A DNA stretch of 64,000 nt from Lepidodermella squamata (taxonomy: Eukaryota > Animalia > Gastrotricha): positions 2,108,001 through 2,172,000 of the forward strand of contig JBLDXI010000033.1 of assembly GCA_047495785.1 (NCBI GenBank), written 5' to 3'. The translations under genes and the position numbers were made by a program. Below the pieces are notes generated by a model that was not told the origin of the DNA, did not search any database, and worked only from the letters and a program-made list of their open reading frames with translations. Of the stretch, positions 63,187 through 64,000 are shown piece after piece (positions within the stretch are counted from its first letter, which is position 1; each line of letters starts with the position of its first letter).

Positions 63187-64000
63187 ATGTCAGAGGATGG
63201 TGATGACTTTGATATGCTCAGTGAGGTCGAGGAAGACGACGAAAAGCCGAAGTCTCGGCGGAAACCAGATTCAGATGATAGCGATCAAGAAAGTGTTGGC
63301 AGTATGGATTCGGACCGCGAGTTACAAGTAGCCTTTCAAAAAGGCCTCCTCAAACCCGGGCTCAATTATGCCGTTGAAGCTCCTCGTCCTTCGGTTAACA
63401 ACCCGGTATGTATCTAATCGCTGAAGTTGAATAAATTAAAAACAATGGTATGTATTTTAAGGAAGCTTTAAAGCAAAAATTAATCGACCTCAAACAAAAC
63501 CTGAAATTTCCGGAGCGTCTTGACTTGATACCATCCAAAGCTCAGCTTGATGCCTCAAAACCGAAGAAAAATAAGGGAAAAGAATCAAAAGCAAAGGAAG
63601 CTGTGTCAAATACAGAAGTTGCTGAGGTGGATGATGATTTCAAACGAGAGATGACTTTGTAAGTGCTTCGATCTCTGTAAATGAATAACATTGAATGCTG
63701 TTTTTTAGCACAAATTTAGCTCAATTAGCAGTTCTCGAAATTATGCCTCGTCTTCATACGGCCGGTGTTGTGACGAAGCGCCCTGAAGATTACTTCGCAG
63801 AAATGGCGAAATCTGACGCCCATATGCAGCGAATTCGTCAAAAATTGATTCAGAAGAAGGCGGAAATCGAAGTCCGAAACCGCGCTCGTCAGCTTCGGCA
63901 ACTTCGAAAAGAAAGCAAATACGTAAGCATTCTGCCAAAGTGTTGGTTTAAAATTGATAAAAAATTGTTTTCAGATTCAAGAAGAAGTCTTAAAAAGACG
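63187..64000 (+). CDS. EBNA1BP2: rRNA-processing protein EBP2 (partial; runs off the right edge of the window)
   Basis: DRELQ.AF..GLLKPGLN, DDFKRE and KRPEDYFAEMAKSD.HMQ.IR. Confidence 0.93.

Noticed and set aside
12356-64000. Prokaryotic origin or bacterial-type operons
   Set aside because: Spliceosomal introns and an animal-type gene set are present. No rRNA, tRNA or CRISPR array was recognised in the window.

Overview
This is a compact animal (metazoan) genomic window with GT-AG introns mostly about 50-60 nt long and roughly 27 protein genes. The left part (1-12 kb) has a CFAP97D/Hemingway-like gene, a 2-Ig GPI-type surface protein and a stand-alone RNF220-like gene that appears to lack its RING domain. 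The rest is arranged in long same-strand blocks: minus-strand NEMF-INTS9-INTS13-SPTLC1 and LSM4-RCC1-DTL-DPH5; plus-strand HPS1-like, gephyrin, C1GALT1, EBP-like, CDC23 and six clan-3-like P450s; minus-strand TMEM177-orphan-CWC15; and plus-strand UBE2W-EBNA1BP2. Most stop-to-start gaps are 72-302 nt. Nearly every start codon has a pyrimidine-rich AG acceptor 1-35 nt upstream with no obvious donor, the signature of operons resolved by spliced-leader (SL) trans-splicing. Both divergent strand-switch regions carry an oriented TGTCCGA motif, and one contains an SL-RNA-like element. Other points of interest are an intact P450 that lacks the heme cysteine, a 3.2-kb RCC1 intron filled with antisense retroelement fragments and a nested chimeric ORF, and two foldback/MITE elements. 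All family calls come from motif recognition by eye and were not database-checked.
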